Shown in pieces: positions 9,153 through 18,473 of a DNA stretch of 64,000 bases (position 1 is its first letter; every line of letters starts with the position of its first letter). The notes under the pieces were generated by a model. It had not been told where the DNA came from, ran no database searches, and worked only from the letters and a program-made list of their open reading frames with translations. The translations under genes were made by a program, and so were the position numbers. This DNA is from Chloroflexota bacterium (GTDB lineage: Bacteria > Chloroflexota > Dehalococcoidia > Lucifugimonadales > UBA3495): the NCBI GenBank assembly GCA_027623675.1, contig JAQBVF010000011.1, forward strand, positions 1-64,000. The letters are read 5' to 3'.

Positions 9153-10013
9153 CTAGAATCGGACGGTGATGCTGTCACCGGCACGCCAGCGCAGGTCGCG
9201 GAGCTTGGTGCCCTCGGGTACCTCAAAGATCATCCAGCCATCGACTGCGGTGTCTTTGAGCAGCTCGAACGGGCCCTCTAGGAAGAGGATATTGGTCTCC
9301 TGCTGCTTCCGAACCGAGCTGGAATCCTCAACCAAGATCTGGGCCAGCATGGAGGGCTCTTCGCCGTTGGTGCTGCACCGGTAAGTGAACGCCCCCGGCT
9401 GTTCAAACCGGTGGGACAGAGAATCTCCCGGAGCAACCATGATCGGCTCATCGCCCATTTCCGGGATGGTGCCCGGTGCGAATTGGAGGGCCGATGCAGT
9501 CTCGCCGGTGTTGGTCCACCGCACCTCGCTGCCGGCGTTCACCACCGTCTTGGTGTGGTCGGAGCACACTCCGTCCTCCAGGGTCACAGTGGTGTCTCCT
9601 TGGCCACGGCGGTCCAAGTATACCGTGTCGCTGACGCTGAGGGGACGGTAATCGTTCTGGAAGAAATCGCGCAGCACCGCCGCCTGTCCGTCGGCCTCGA
9701 ATACAGCTTTGACGGCGACATTATTCTGAACTTTGATCCGCATCAACACCAGTTCATTGCCGTCTTTTGAAGGCTGGATCCGCCATTTGCGTATCTCTTG
9801 CTCGGGGTCGATGGTCGAGTAGCGAAGCTCGTCGGCGCGTTCGATCTGCATCACATTAAGAATCAAGATCCGGCCCTCGTGGTACTGACCCAACGTGCTA
9901 GAAGTGCTGCTGCATGCCGCGATTACCAGGGGGGTCACAATGACGAGAAGCACGAAAAAATTTCGCCTTGTTATCAAGCCGATTCTCCAGGCGTGGGAAC
10001 CCGATGGTTCCAT
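9153..10013 (-). CDS. Lipoprotein: DUF4352-like beta domain with inserted cupredoxin-like domain
   Basis: Lipobox IAAC; V..G..V.WTN...F..PG.F.Y.C...M pattern; C-terminal GW..FEVP. Confidence 0.6.
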   Translation of the reverse strand: MEPSGSHAWRIGLITRRNFFVLLVIVTPLVIAACSSTSSTLGQYHEGRILILNVMQIERADELRYSTIDPEQEIRKWRIQPSKDGNELVLMRIKVQNNVAVKAVFEADGQAAVLRDFFQNDYRPLSVSDTVYLDRRGQGDTTVTLEDGVCSDHTKTVVNAGSEVRWTNTGETASALQFAPGTIPEMGDEPIMVAPGDSLSHRFEQPGAFTYRCSTNGEEPSMLAQILVEDSSSVRKQQETNILFLEGPFELLKDTAVDGWMIFEVPEGTKLRDLRWRAGDSITVRF

Positions 10014-10062
10014 GAGGTTTGGGGGTTCTCCGATTCGGACGCCTGCCGGTTCATGAGCGCGT

Positions 10063-11256
10063 TCAAGAGCGCGCGGTCGTCAGGCTGGGCAGCTGGCGCA
10101 ATCGCTGCACCAGGTCCACCAGCACTTCCAAAAGGTATTCCACTTCTTCTGCCGTGTTGTCCCGGCCCAGTGTCAGTCTGAGGCTGCCGCGGGCGATCTC
10201 AGCCGATTGGCCCAGCGCCAACAGGACGTGGGATGGCTCAAGGGAGCCGGAGCTGCACGCGCTGCCGCTGGAGGCCGCGATCCCGGCCATGTCCAGCCCC
10301 AGCAGGATCGGCTCGCCCTCCACTCCCGTGAAGGAGAAGTTCGCGTTGTTGGGCAGTCTATGGGTGGCGTGGCCATTCAGCCGGCTGCCAGGTATCTGCT
10401 CCAAGACGGCCTCGATGATCCGGTCACGCAGACCGGCGCAGTGTTGGCTGGTCTCGACTCTCGCGGAGTTGGCGGCTTCGAGGGCCAGAGAGAGTCCGAT
10501 TATGCCGGGTACGTTCTCGGTGCCCGAGCGCCGTTCTCGTTCTTGGCCGCCGCCCAAGATCAGCGGCAGATAGGGCGTGCCACGCTTGATGTAGAGCACT
10601 CCCGTGCCCTTGGGACCATGGAATTTGTGCCCCGACAGACTCAGCAGGTCAACGCCCAGAGCGGCCACGTCCAGGTCCAAGAACCCGGCGGCCTGGACCG
10701 CGTCGGTGTGAAAGACTACGGTTCGGGACAGCTCAACGGCCCTTTTCTTGACGGACTTGGCTATCTCGGCGATGGGATTTATGGTCCCGATCTCGTTGTT
10801 TCCGTACATGAGAGTCACCAACGTGGTGTTCTCGGTGATGGCGTTGTAAACCGACTCGGGCTGGACCATGCCATCCGGATCCACCGGCAGGTAGGTGACC
10901 TCAAACCCCTGGGACTCCAGGTTTTGACAAGCGTGCAACACCGCATGATGTTCTACGCTAGAAGTTATGATGTGGTTTCCCGTTTCCTGAAGGGCCGTGG
11001 CCACTCCGTGGATGGCGGAGTTATCCGACTCGGTCCCGCCGCCGGTGAACACCACTTCTCTGGGGCGGCATTTCAGGACGCCCGCCACCCGCTCCCGGGC
11101 TTCGTCCAGGGCGTAACGGGCCTCCTGGCCTACCGAGTGGAGACTGGAGGGGTTACCAAAGTGCTGGGTGAAATAGGGGAGCATCGCCTCCAGGACCTGT
11201 GGGTCCAGTGAGGTTGTGCCCGCGTTGTCCAGGTAGACTGTGCCTTCAACCGTCAT
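10063..11256 (-). CDS. iscS: Cysteine desulfurase (IscS/NifS type)
   Basis: [30 protein letters not shown] (PLP Lys) and SSGSACSS (catalytic Cys). Confidence 0.93.
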   Translation of the reverse strand: MTVEGTVYLDNAGTTSLDPQVLEAMLPYFTQHFGNPSSLHSVGQEARYALDEARERVAGVLKCRPREVVFTGGGTESDNSAIHGVATALQETGNHIITSSVEHHAVLHACQNLESQGFEVTYLPVDPDGMVQPESVYNAITENTTLVTLMYGNNEIGTINPIAEIAKSVKKRAVELSRTVVFHTDAVQAAGFLDLDVAALGVDLLSLSGHKFHGPKGTGVLYIKRGTPYLPLILGGGQERERRSGTENVPGIIGLSLALEAANSARVETSQHCAGLRDRIIEAVLEQIPGSRLNGHATHRLPNNANFSFTGVEGEPILLGLDMAGIAASSGSACSSGSLEPSHVLLALGQSAEIARGSLRLTLGRDNTAEEVEYLLEVLVDLVQRLRQLPSLTTARS

Positions 11257-11372
11257 GTGTATCCGTATCTACATCGGCCGCTTTGGCCGCGAATCGCTGT
11301 GGAAGCTATTTTAGCATAGGTGGCGTTGCCTGGCCCGAGACTGGAGGTTGCGCGGCAATCATCCAAGGAGCC

Positions 11373-12074
11373 CTATTTCGGGTAGCTGCCGCGCGCGATC
11401 GAAAACAGGAATATGCCGACCACGCCGATCCAGACCCCGTCCACCGGTTCGATCTTCACCATGAGAATAACGCCGGCCAGCACCATGGCGCCGCCCACCA
11501 CCTGGCCCAGCGCCGCAGCAATCTTGGTCGCCCGCAGGTAGTTGCCGGTCATCCCCCAGATCCCGGCCCGCAGCAGGCGGCCGCCGTCCAACGGGTAACC
11601 AGGCACCAGGTTGAACACGCCCAAACTTAGGTTGGTCCAAGCCAGCAGCAGCAGCACCACTTCCAAAGCTGAATTGCCCCGACCCAACAGGAACCAGGCC
11701 GAGCCAAATATGGCCGCCAGCAGCAGGCTAAGCAGGGGCCCCACCAGAGCGACCAAGAATTCGGTGAAGGGCTGCTGGGGCTCCTGGTCGAGTCTGGAGA
11801 CGCCGCCGAATATGAACAGGGTGATGCTCCTCACCGGGATTCCCTTGCTCAGGGCCATCACGCTATGGCTAAGCTCGTGGGCCAGCACCGAAGTGAAGAA
11901 TAGGAACACCGTGGCCATTGCCACGGACCAGCGCTGGGCCGCCGACCAATGCAGGTTGGCGTCGGCGAATTCATTGGCAAGCAGGTAGGTCAGCAGGACG
12001 AAAACAACGAGCCAACTGATGTTGACTTCTATGGGGATGCCGAAGACCCGGCCGATGCGGAGGGTTATGCTCAT
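11373..12074 (-). CDS. Site-2 protease (peptidase M50)
   Basis: HELSH zinc motif and FNLVPGYPLDGG; hydrophobic. Confidence 0.92.
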   Translation of the reverse strand: MSITLRIGRVFGIPIEVNISWLVVFVLLTYLLANEFADANLHWSAAQRWSVAMATVFLFFTSVLAHELSHSVMALSKGIPVRSITLFIFGGVSRLDQEPQQPFTEFLVALVGPLLSLLLAAIFGSAWFLLGRGNSALEVVLLLLAWTNLSLGVFNLVPGYPLDGGRLLRAGIWGMTGNYLRATKIAAALGQVVGGAMVLAGVILMVKIEPVDGVWIGVVGIFLFSIARGSYPK

Positions 12075-12255
12075 CGATCAACTGCCCAGTTGGAGAAGGC
12101 TGGCTATCTATTAGTCTACAGCCAGCATCTCATACCAACTGGCCCAGCCGCCATAGGCACACGCCTTAAGGGATTTAGGGTCCCAGTGATTCAGGCTGCA
12201 AGCACAGGCCGGTTAAACCCTCGGGGAATCACACTCCGGCACACCCTCGAGGCGA

Positions 12256-13227
12256 TCAACCAGGGCTTTGCGGGCTACAGGCGTGGGCGATCAGCTTATA
12301 GACCAGTTTGGCGGCGGTATAGGAGCAGGCGGGCGGTCCGTCGGCGGGGGCCAGTTCGCATACGTCGAACCCCACTATCCGGCGCGAATCCGCCACCTTG
12401 GCAATCAGAGAAACCAATTGGTGCCATGCCATACCCCCCGGTTCCGGCGTGCCCACGGCAGGCATCAAAGCGGGGTCCAGCACGTCCAGGTCCACGCTCA
12501 CGTACACCGTGTCGCTCAAGTTCTCAATGATCCTATCAATGATCCTATCCGGGAGGCTGTCCGGCGGGCCGCCGCCAGCATCGGGGGCCCAGTACCAAAC
12601 CGGCACGTCGTTATCGCGGATGAAGTCGTGCTCCTCCTGGCAGAGACTGCGCACCCCGGCCAGCGCGATGGGGCAGCACTCATAAGCCCGGCGTGCCGCG
12701 GAAGCGTGGCCGTAGGGAGTGCCCATGTACTCGTCCCGCAGGTCGGCATGGGCGTCCAGATACAGCACGGAAAGGTTGGGGTACATCTCAACGTGGGCTT
12801 GGACCGAACCGATGGTGATGGAGTGCTCCCCGCCCAGCAGGCCGACTGTCTTCCCCGTGTCCAGGTAGGCGGCCACCACCTCTCTGATCCGGCCGGTCAT
12901 GTACTCCGGGCCAGCCATGTGAGGTTCGATGGCGTCTGTGGTGTGGATGCCAATCTCGGACACATCCAATCCAAGTTCGAAATCGTAATTCTCTAAACCA
13001 TAGGACGCTGCGATGATGGCCTGTGGACCCTCCCGGGTACCGCTCCTGAAGGAAGTTGTGCTGTCGTAAGGGACCGGAATCACGACCGCGCGGGCGGATT
13101 CAAGGGAGGATTGTTCCTGGGGCAAGGCGAGGAAGTTATGGGGGATGAAGGGGAACGCGCCGGAATCTTCATCATCATCAACCCAAGAATCCAGGGGCCC
13201 GGAATCAAGAGACCCAGAATCAAGCAC
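12256..13227 (-). CDS. speB: Agmatinase
   Basis: GGEHS, DAHADLR and S.D.DVLDP..MPAVGTPEPGG ureohydrolase motifs. Confidence 0.9.
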   Translation of the reverse strand: MLDSGSLDSGPLDSWVDDDEDSGAFPFIPHNFLALPQEQSSLESARAVVIPVPYDSTTSFRSGTREGPQAIIAASYGLENYDFELGLDVSEIGIHTTDAIEPHMAGPEYMTGRIREVVAAYLDTGKTVGLLGGEHSITIGSVQAHVEMYPNLSVLYLDAHADLRDEYMGTPYGHASAARRAYECCPIALAGVRSLCQEEHDFIRDNDVPVWYWAPDAGGGPPDSLPDRIIDRIIENLSDTVYVSVDLDVLDPALMPAVGTPEPGGMAWHQLVSLIAKVADSRRIVGFDVCELAPADGPPACSYTAAKLVYKLIAHACSPQSPG

Positions 13228-13651
13228 GGTGGTTGCCGGGTCCTCTGGCCTCGAGTGCGGCGCGCTGGTCTTGTGCTTCAGCCAATCCCTGCCGCTCGTC
13301 CAGCCACTCCAGACCGCGGTCGAGAAGCCAGGTTTTGACCTCGGTCAGGCCGAACGATTCTTTGACGTCTTCCAGAGCCAGTTCATGATTGAAAGACCGG
13401 CAGGAAAAGATGTCGATGTTGATGTAGTCTTTGCGCGGAAAGGTATGGATGCTGATATGACTCTCGGCGATGATCACGAAACCGGACACGCCGGAGTCTT
13501 CGTTCTTGGGGGCTTCGTATTTCAGCACCTTGGGCTCGGTGATACGAGTCATGTCCAGGGAATCGGGATATTGGTACAGAAATTTTCTGACCAGGTCCTC
13601 GTCCCACATCTTGGCGATATCCCCGCCGTAACCGTCGATAACCAGGTGCAT
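13220..13651 (-). CDS. speD: Pyruvoyl-dependent S-adenosylmethionine decarboxylase-family proenzyme
   Basis: MHLVIDGY, GVSG..IIAESHISIHTFP (E-S self-cleavage site) and IDIFSC; GGAGG RBS before ATG 13651; substrate uncertain. Confidence 0.8.
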   Translation of the reverse strand: MHLVIDGYGGDIAKMWDEDLVRKFLYQYPDSLDMTRITEPKVLKYEAPKNEDSGVSGFVIIAESHISIHTFPRKDYINIDIFSCRSFNHELALEDVKESFGLTEVKTWLLDRGLEWLDERQGLAEAQDQRAALEARGPGNHRA

Positions 13652-13812
13652 CCAGCCTCCAGACAAATACGCGTTAGAAAGCCGGAATAACGAAACCGCT
13701 CTCCTTGGCAAATTCAGTTGTATAGAATATCATCACTTGTGGTCAAGCACAATCGCGCCAAATCCAGTCCGCCCCGGCGGGCCACTTGACGGTAAATGAT
13801 TTGCAGCCGAAC

Positions 13813-14748
13813 ATGATACACGCCGAAAATCTGACGCACTATTATGGTCCTTATCCTGCGATTCAAGACGTCAATTTCGGCGTAAGAAAGGGCGAGATTC
13901 TGGGCTTTCTGGGACCCAACGGCGCCGGAAAGACCACCACCATGCGCATCATCACGGGCTTCGTGCCGCCGACCCACGGTACCGTGACCCTGGATGGATA
14001 CGATGTGGTGGAGCAATCGTTGGAGGCCCGCCGCCGGGTCGGCTACCTGCCGGAGACCGTCCCACTGTACACCGATATGTCGGTGAACAGCTACCTAAAG
14101 TATATGGGCACCCTCAGGGGCATGTCGCCTGATGCGATCAAGACCCGTTTGGGACAGGTCATAGACGTGTGCCGCTTGGGCGACTACCGCAAGACCCAGA
14201 TAGGAAAACTCTCCAAGGGATTTAGACAGCGCGTCGGAATCGCCCAGGCCATACTTCACGAGCCGCAGGTCCTGGTGCTTGACGAGCCCACCATCGGCAT
14301 CGACCCGATCCAAGTGGTGGAAACCCGCAAGTTGATTCAGGAGTTGGGCCGGGACCAGACCGTGGTGTTGAGCAGCCACATCCTCCCCGAAGTCAGCATG
14401 ATCTGCGACCGGGTCTTAATCATCGACGAAGGCCGCATCGTGGCCGAAGACACACCCAAGAACCTGGCCGAGGGACTGCAGGGGGTCGAGCGGCTTGAGG
14501 TGGAGATCGGCGGGCCGGCTGCGGAGGTCCTTCCGATGCTAAAGGGCATCGACGGCGTGAGCGACGTGACCCACGTGAACAACAATGGCCGCCACACATA
14601 CATGGTACAAGCCCAGCCGGGCAAAGACCTGCGGGACGACATCTCCCAGGTTGTCGTCAACAATGGCTGGAGCCTGCGCGGCCTGCAATTGGTCGGCATG
14701 AGCCTTGAAGAGATTTTCCTGCGCTTGACCACCCACGAGGAGTTGTAA
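13813..14748 (+). CDS. ABC transporter ATP-binding protein (GldA-like)
   Basis: GPNGAGKTT Walker A, LSKGFRQR signature, LDEPT and SSH. Confidence 0.92.
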   Translation: MIHAENLTHYYGPYPAIQDVNFGVRKGEILGFLGPNGAGKTTTMRIITGFVPPTHGTVTLDGYDVVEQSLEARRRVGYLPETVPLYTDMSVNSYLKYMGTLRGMSPDAIKTRLGQVIDVCRLGDYRKTQIGKLSKGFRQRVGIAQAILHEPQVLVLDEPTIGIDPIQVVETRKLIQELGRDQTVVLSSHILPEVSMICDRVLIIDEGRIVAEDTPKNLAEGLQGVERLEVEIGGPAAEVLPMLKGIDGVSDVTHVNNNGRHTYMVQAQPGKDLRDDISQVVVNNGWSLRGLQLVGMSLEEIFLRLTTHEEL

Positions 14749-14750
14749 GG

Positions 14751-15464
14751 ATGCGGACAGCCCAGGCGGTAGCCTGGAAAGAGATTCAGCTATATTTCAG
14801 CAGCCCAACCGCCTACATCGTGGGCCTGATATTTCTGGCGCTGACCGGGTTCTTCTTCACCCAAGACCTGGGCGACCCCTTTCCTGAAGCCACGTTAACG
14901 CCATTCTTCGACGGCGCGATCATCGTATTCATACTGCTGGCCCCGGCTCTGACCATGCGTTTGCTGGCTGAGGAGAGCAAGCTGGGCACCATCGAGCTGC
15001 TGCTGACCTCCCCCGTGCGCGACTGGGAGATTATCGCGGGCAAGTACGTGGCCAGCCTAGTGTTCTTCCTGGTGTTGGTTGCCCTGTCTTTCTTCTATGC
15101 CATCCTGCTCTTTGTCTACGCCAGCCCCGACCCCGGACCCATCTACGCCGGGTATCTGGGCCTGGTCCTGTACGGGGCGGCAGCCCTAGCGGTCGGACTG
15201 CTCACTTCCACCATGACCAACAACCAGATCGTTTCGGCGGTGGTCGCCATGGGCATCCTGCTCGCCCTGTTCTTTGCCGACCGGGCCTTCGGTTCCGTTA
15301 GCGGACTCGCCGGAGAGATCATCGGTGAGATGGGGCTGCGAGGTCACTTCCAAGACTTCTCCCGGGGCGTCATCGACACATCGAACATCGTCTACTTCCT
15401 CAGCGTGATAGCCGTCTTCCTGTTCCTGTCCATCCGCATGCTGGAATCGAGAAGGTGGCGCTAG
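14751..15464 (+). CDS. ABC-2 permease (GldF-like)
   Basis: KE..YF.SP.AY, TMRLLAEE.K.GT.ELLLT.P, HF.DF.RGV; about 6 TM helices. Confidence 0.88.
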   Translation: MRTAQAVAWKEIQLYFSSPTAYIVGLIFLALTGFFFTQDLGDPFPEATLTPFFDGAIIVFILLAPALTMRLLAEESKLGTIELLLTSPVRDWEIIAGKYVASLVFFLVLVALSFFYAILLFVYASPDPGPIYAGYLGLVLYGAAALAVGLLTSTMTNNQIVSAVVAMGILLALFFADRAFGSVSGLAGEIIGEMGLRGHFQDFSRGVIDTSNIVYFLSVIAVFLFLSIRMLESRRWR

Positions 15465-15465
15465 A

Positions 15466-17316
15466 ATGACCAGCTCATCGAACCAAGATCCGGAGCAGGA
15501 GCCAGGGCAAGACGCCGGGAGCCAGCGGCCCAGGGACTGGCGCAGGCGCAGACGGTCGGAGCGGGAAACACCGGCCGAGGCACAGCCTGAGGTAAACACC
15601 CGGCCGGACGAGGAACTCTCTCAACCGCTGATCACATTCTTCGAGCCGGCAATGGACTGGATCGGCTCTTACGGCGCGCCGTTGGTCTTGGCCGGCATCA
15701 TCGGGCTGGTAACGGGCATCGTCGTCGTGGCTTTCATCAGTTCCATGCGCCTGTACGGCTATATCGACATCGTAATAGGCGGCACGCTGCTCGGCGCTGT
15801 GGGCGCGGTGGCATTCAGCAACGTCATCGCCGCCTTCCTCAGCCGCACCGGCCGGTATGGGATCAACACCCTCGTGCTGGTGAGCGCGTTCATCGGCATA
15901 ATCGTCGTGGCCAACGTGCTGTCATTCGAGAATTCCACCCGCATGGACCTGACGGCCACCAACCAGTTCAGCCTGGCCAACCGCACCAAAGACGTGCTGA
16001 GCAAGCTGGACGAAAACGTGCGCGCCACGGCGTTCTACAAGGACGAGAATGATACCGATGATGAGAAAGTGGCGGAGCGGCGCAATAAGGTCCTAAACAC
16101 CCTGAAAGAGTTCGACTCCCGGTCCAGCAAGTTCTCATTCCGCGTGGTTGACCCCGACCTAAAGCCAGAGGTGGTAAGCGCCTACTTCGGCGCCCGGCCC
16201 ACCGGCTTCGTCACCGAGATCGTGGTGGTTGAGGGCATGGACAGCGGGGTGTTTGACGTGCTTCGGCCCACTGACGCCGACTACACCAAGCTGGAACAAG
16301 ATCTGGTCACCAGCACTCTGGTGGCAACCGGCAGCGAGAAGAAGAAGGTCTACTTCCTATCCGGGCACGGCGAGCGCAACATCAACAGCACCTCTTCCGA
16401 CGGGTACGCCGCAGTGCGTGCCGGCCTGGAGGGAGACAACTACCAGGTGCAGACTCTGGCCTGGAGCAATACAGATACGGAAGTTGAGGTCCCAGACGAC
16501 GCCGCTCTGGTGGTGATCGCCGGCCCCACCTCCAGCCTGCCGCAAGCCCATGAAGCCGCCTTGGACCGCTACCTGGAAGGCGTAAACGCCGACGAATCTC
16601 TCCGCAGGGAGAACGGCCGGATGATTTTTCTGGCCGAACCGAACTCACCGGCCTCGTTCCGCGACTTCTTCTCCGATTGGGGCGTGTTGGTGGCCACCGG
16701 GTATATCCGCGATGTGGGAAGCTCCGTTCCGGGACTGCCGCAGACCCTGAGCCTGCAGAAGTTCAACCCCGAGGCCCCGTTGGAGATCACTTTGCCCAAG
16801 GGCGAGCGCCTCCAGAGCGTGTTCATGCCGGGCGCCACCGCCATCTCGCTGGTCCAAGACGACCTCCGCACCGGCCTGCCCCTAGCGGCCACATCCACCG
16901 AAAGCTATCTGATCGCCGAGCCAGACCGCACCGAGCCCATCACCAGCGGCGCCGACGCGGATACCATCGGCCCATTCGTGCCCGCGGTCTTGGTCCGTTC
17001 CGTCGGCCAAGTGGGGTCCCGGCCGCCCACTTCCGACCCGGACCCATCTGAGATCTCCGACATCATCATCTTCGGCGACTCCGACTTTCTGTCAAATAGT
17101 TCCTATAACCACGGTGGCGGGGCTGACCTGTTCTTGAACTCGGCCAACTTCCTGGTCGGCGACTTCTCCCTGGTATCCATACGCCCCAAGGTCTTCGCCT
17201 TCCGCGAGTTCAATCTGGACGCCAACGAATATGACTTCGTCCGGTTCTCGTCCTGGTTATTCCTGCCGGGACTGATGGCCCTGATGGCTTCTCTGGTCTG
17301 GTGGGTGCGGCGATAA
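15466..17316 (+). CDS. GldG-family ABC auxiliary protein
   Basis: R.DLT....FSL, YFL.GHGE, GDSDFL.N and a C-terminal TM ending WW.RR. Confidence 0.85.
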   Translation: MTSSSNQDPEQEPGQDAGSQRPRDWRRRRRSERETPAEAQPEVNTRPDEELSQPLITFFEPAMDWIGSYGAPLVLAGIIGLVTGIVVVAFISSMRLYGYIDIVIGGTLLGAVGAVAFSNVIAAFLSRTGRYGINTLVLVSAFIGIIVVANVLSFENSTRMDLTATNQFSLANRTKDVLSKLDENVRATAFYKDENDTDDEKVAERRNKVLNTLKEFDSRSSKFSFRVVDPDLKPEVVSAYFGARPTGFVTEIVVVEGMDSGVFDVLRPTDADYTKLEQDLVTSTLVATGSEKKKVYFLSGHGERNINSTSSDGYAAVRAGLEGDNYQVQTLAWSNTDTEVEVPDDAALVVIAGPTSSLPQAHEAALDRYLEGVNADESLRRENGRMIFLAEPNSPASFRDFFSDWGVLVATGYIRDVGSSVPGLPQTLSLQKFNPEAPLEITLPKGERLQSVFMPGATAISLVQDDLRTGLPLAATSTESYLIAEPDRTEPITSGADADTIGPFVPAVLVRSVGQVGSRPPTSDPDPSEISDIIIFGDSDFLSNSSYNHGGGADLFLNSANFLVGDFSLVSIRPKVFAFREFNLDANEYDFVRFSSWLFLPGLMALMASLVWWVRR

Positions 17317-17437
17317 ACCCGGTGATGGGATCCGGTCGTAGAATCAAGCGGGCGGCGCGGCACATCATGTATCCGGCGTCCCGCCGGGCGGTAGGTCCAA
17401 CGGGCCGGCCAGCCAACTCTTTCCACAGGTCTAACTC

Positions 17438-18421
17438 ATGAACATTCGACTGTCCATCCTACTGGTGGTTGTGCTCATCATCTTCGGTGGGACCTTCCTG
17501 GTCCTCCGGTTCACCGACTCCAATGAACGAGCCGAAACCAGCCCGTGGCTGTACCGGATAAACGAGGGCGACATCGTAGGACTGGAGATCGTGTACCAGG
17601 GCGAGGAGATCAGCTACTACCGCAGCCCGGCCAGCCGGATCTGGTACATCAAAGGCAGTTCGGGCGACCCGGATATTCCGGTTTTCCAGGAGCGATGGGG
17701 CGGCACCCCGCTGCTGCTCAGCGGTCCCAAGGTGACCCGTCCCCTGTCGGACGGCATCGAAGACCCCGCCAGCTTCGGACTGGAGCCGCCGGAGACCGCG
17801 GTCAAAGTACTCGACCGGTATGGCAACGAGGTGGCGTTCCACCTGGGTATACCCACACCCGATAACCAGAACCAATACGCCCGCCTGGTGGGCGACGACA
17901 CCTTGTTCACCGTGCCCATAGAGTGGGCCTCAGTGGTGAACCGCCTGGCCAACGACCCGCCGGTGGGGCGTCTCTACCAGATCGACCCGCGCTCAGCGTT
18001 GGTTGTGCAGTTCTTCCGGGGCGACGATATCACCAGGTATGCCATGGAAGACGGCACCGGAAGGTGGTTCCTGGAAGGTGAGGAAGGCGAAGAGCCCAAG
18101 CTATTGGACCAGATCGCCTGGGCCGAATCTTTGCAGATGATGAGCAATCCCAGACTGGACCAGATACTGGCCAGCGATATCGACGACCCCAAGCTCTACG
18201 GTCTGGACCCGCCCAACACAGCCGTGGTGATCGTCCGGCAGGGCGGAGAACGGGCCATCGAATGGTACATCGGCGACTTGACCCCCGACGGCAGATCCCG
18301 CTATGTGTCGGTGAATCTGGGCAGCCTTTTGAGCGAAGACACCAACCTGTACGCGGTGCTGAATTCCCGCCTCGACCCGATTATCGCTTTGGCCACCGAC
18401 CCGGTGCTGGCAACGCCGTAG
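17438..18421 (+). CDS. DUF4340-like membrane-anchored protein
   Basis: N-terminal TM; two internal repeats with D...(F/Y)GL.PP and G..TPD....Y; typical position after gldG. Confidence 0.7.
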   Translation: MNIRLSILLVVVLIIFGGTFLVLRFTDSNERAETSPWLYRINEGDIVGLEIVYQGEEISYYRSPASRIWYIKGSSGDPDIPVFQERWGGTPLLLSGPKVTRPLSDGIEDPASFGLEPPETAVKVLDRYGNEVAFHLGIPTPDNQNQYARLVGDDTLFTVPIEWASVVNRLANDPPVGRLYQIDPRSALVVQFFRGDDITRYAMEDGTGRWFLEGEEGEEPKLLDQIAWAESLQMMSNPRLDQILASDIDDPKLYGLDPPNTAVVIVRQGGERAIEWYIGDLTPDGRSRYVSVNLGSLLSEDTNLYAVLNSRLDPIIALATDPVLATP

Positions 18422-18473
18422 ACTTGGTCCAGCGCGATTATCTGGCAGGCAAGCCCGTCAACCAGAGGGAGAT

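Noticed and set aside
13813..17316. Gliding motility function for the Gld-like genes
   Set aside because: Family resemblance only; no other gliding or T9SS genes in the window.
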